From a bacterium (lineage in GTDB: Bacteria > UBP15 > UBA6099): 16,425 bases of DNA. The stretch covers positions 1 through 16,425 of the forward strand of contig DAOSYA010000060.1 of NCBI GenBank assembly GCA_035380865.1, given 5' to 3'. Below, piece by piece: positions 16,039 to 16,425 of the stretch (position 1 is the stretch's first letter; every line of letters starts with the position of its first letter). A model generated the notes under the pieces. That model saw only the letters and a list, made by a program, of their open reading frames with translations. It did not search any database and had not been told where the DNA came from. Made by a program: the position numbers and the translations under genes.

Positions 16039-16425
16039 GATCCGCGCCTCCATCGCCTGCGCCGGCGGGCTCCTGCCGTTTCGGCTCGCACGCCAGGTTA
16101 TATCCCCCCATTATCTCCGGAAAGATAACGGCGGAATCCTTGATGGATGATTCCATGTTGTCGACACGTCCCTCTATGAAATGGAACAGGATCATGACCG
16201 GGATGGCGACTGCGAGCCCCGCGGCGGTCGTGATAAGAGCCTCGGAAATACCGCCCGCGAGATCGGTTGCATCCACCTGCCCGCCGAGCGCCTGAATGGT
16301 CATGAACGCGCGGATCATCCCCACAACCGTGCCCAGCAGCCCCATCAGCGGCGAGATATGGGCGATGATGCCAAGGGTGTTCACGTTTCGTTCGAGATCA
16401 CGCCGCTGGTTGCTGCCCACCCGCC
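16028..16425 (-). CDS. exbB: ExbB/TolQ proton-channel protein, 3' part only (5' end beyond the window)
   Basis: The C-terminal region carries a conserved MotA/TolQ/ExbB signature (PLMGLLGTVVGMIRAFMTIQALGG...ISEALITTAAGLAVAIPVMILF). The ORF runs off the window end. Confidence 0.85.
   Translation of the reverse strand, partial: RVGSNQRRDLERNVNTLGIIAHISPLMGLLGTVVGMIRAFMTIQALGGQVDATDLAGGISEALITTAAGLAVAIPVMILFHFIEGRVDNMESSIKDSAVIFPEIMGGYNLACEPKRQEPAGAGDGGADHGV

Noticed and set aside
1-16425. Search for a CRISPR array, given the RAMP gene
   Set aside because: No run of regularly spaced 25-40 nt direct repeats in any intergenic region (2743-3012, 4644-5064, 7022-7519, 8609-8784, 9583-9793, 14110-14764). 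The only near-exact nucleotide repeat (GGCGGGGGTGGCTCAGGC at about 15357-15374 and again at 15417-15434, + strand) lies inside tonB and encodes the Pro-rich spacer.

Overview
This 16.4-kb bacterial window has two compositionally distinct arms. Gram-negative features include exbB-exbD-tonB and a Tat signal peptide. I found no CRISPR array, rRNA, tRNA, integrase or transposase.

Left arm (about 1-7.5 kb) is AT-rich, roughly 35-42% GC by eye. It carries the 3' end of an unknown gene that is translationally coupled (stop TAA at 413-415, GGAGG inside its 3' end, ATG at 418) to a 774-aa highly derived RAMP-superfamily (Cas7-like) protein. That protein has an N-terminal Cys cluster, a canonical G-rich loop VIPGSSIRG, a Csm3/Cmr-type MFG...KGRLSFEDA motif and a C-terminal G-rich loop GMGKPRGMG. 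Downstream is a separate two-gene operon of unknowns (117-aa acidic protein and 417-aa helical protein). Then, on the minus strand, come a signal-peptide protein, a PemK/MazF-like toxin with a DUF2281-like antitoxin (16-nt overlap), and a small 4-TM membrane protein.

Right arm (about 7.5-16.4 kb) is GC-richer, roughly 50-65% GC. It carries a non-canonical rtc locus: rtcR (CARF-sigma54 activator, clear match to E. coli RtcR) is divergently transcribed from a minus-strand gene string. That string is an unknown 302-aa protein with an internal tandem domain repeat, an SPFH/band-7 membrane protein, and RNA 3'-phosphate cyclase RtcA. No rtcB is present. After that come a Tat-exported calcineurin-like metallophosphoesterase (convergent with rtcR, shared bidirectional terminator), a small ORF preceded by a strong minus-strand intrinsic terminator, and a roughly 600-bp structured non-coding stretch. 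The window ends with an exbB (partial)-exbD-tonB operon in which TonB carries two Myxococcus-type cysteine-rich repeats.
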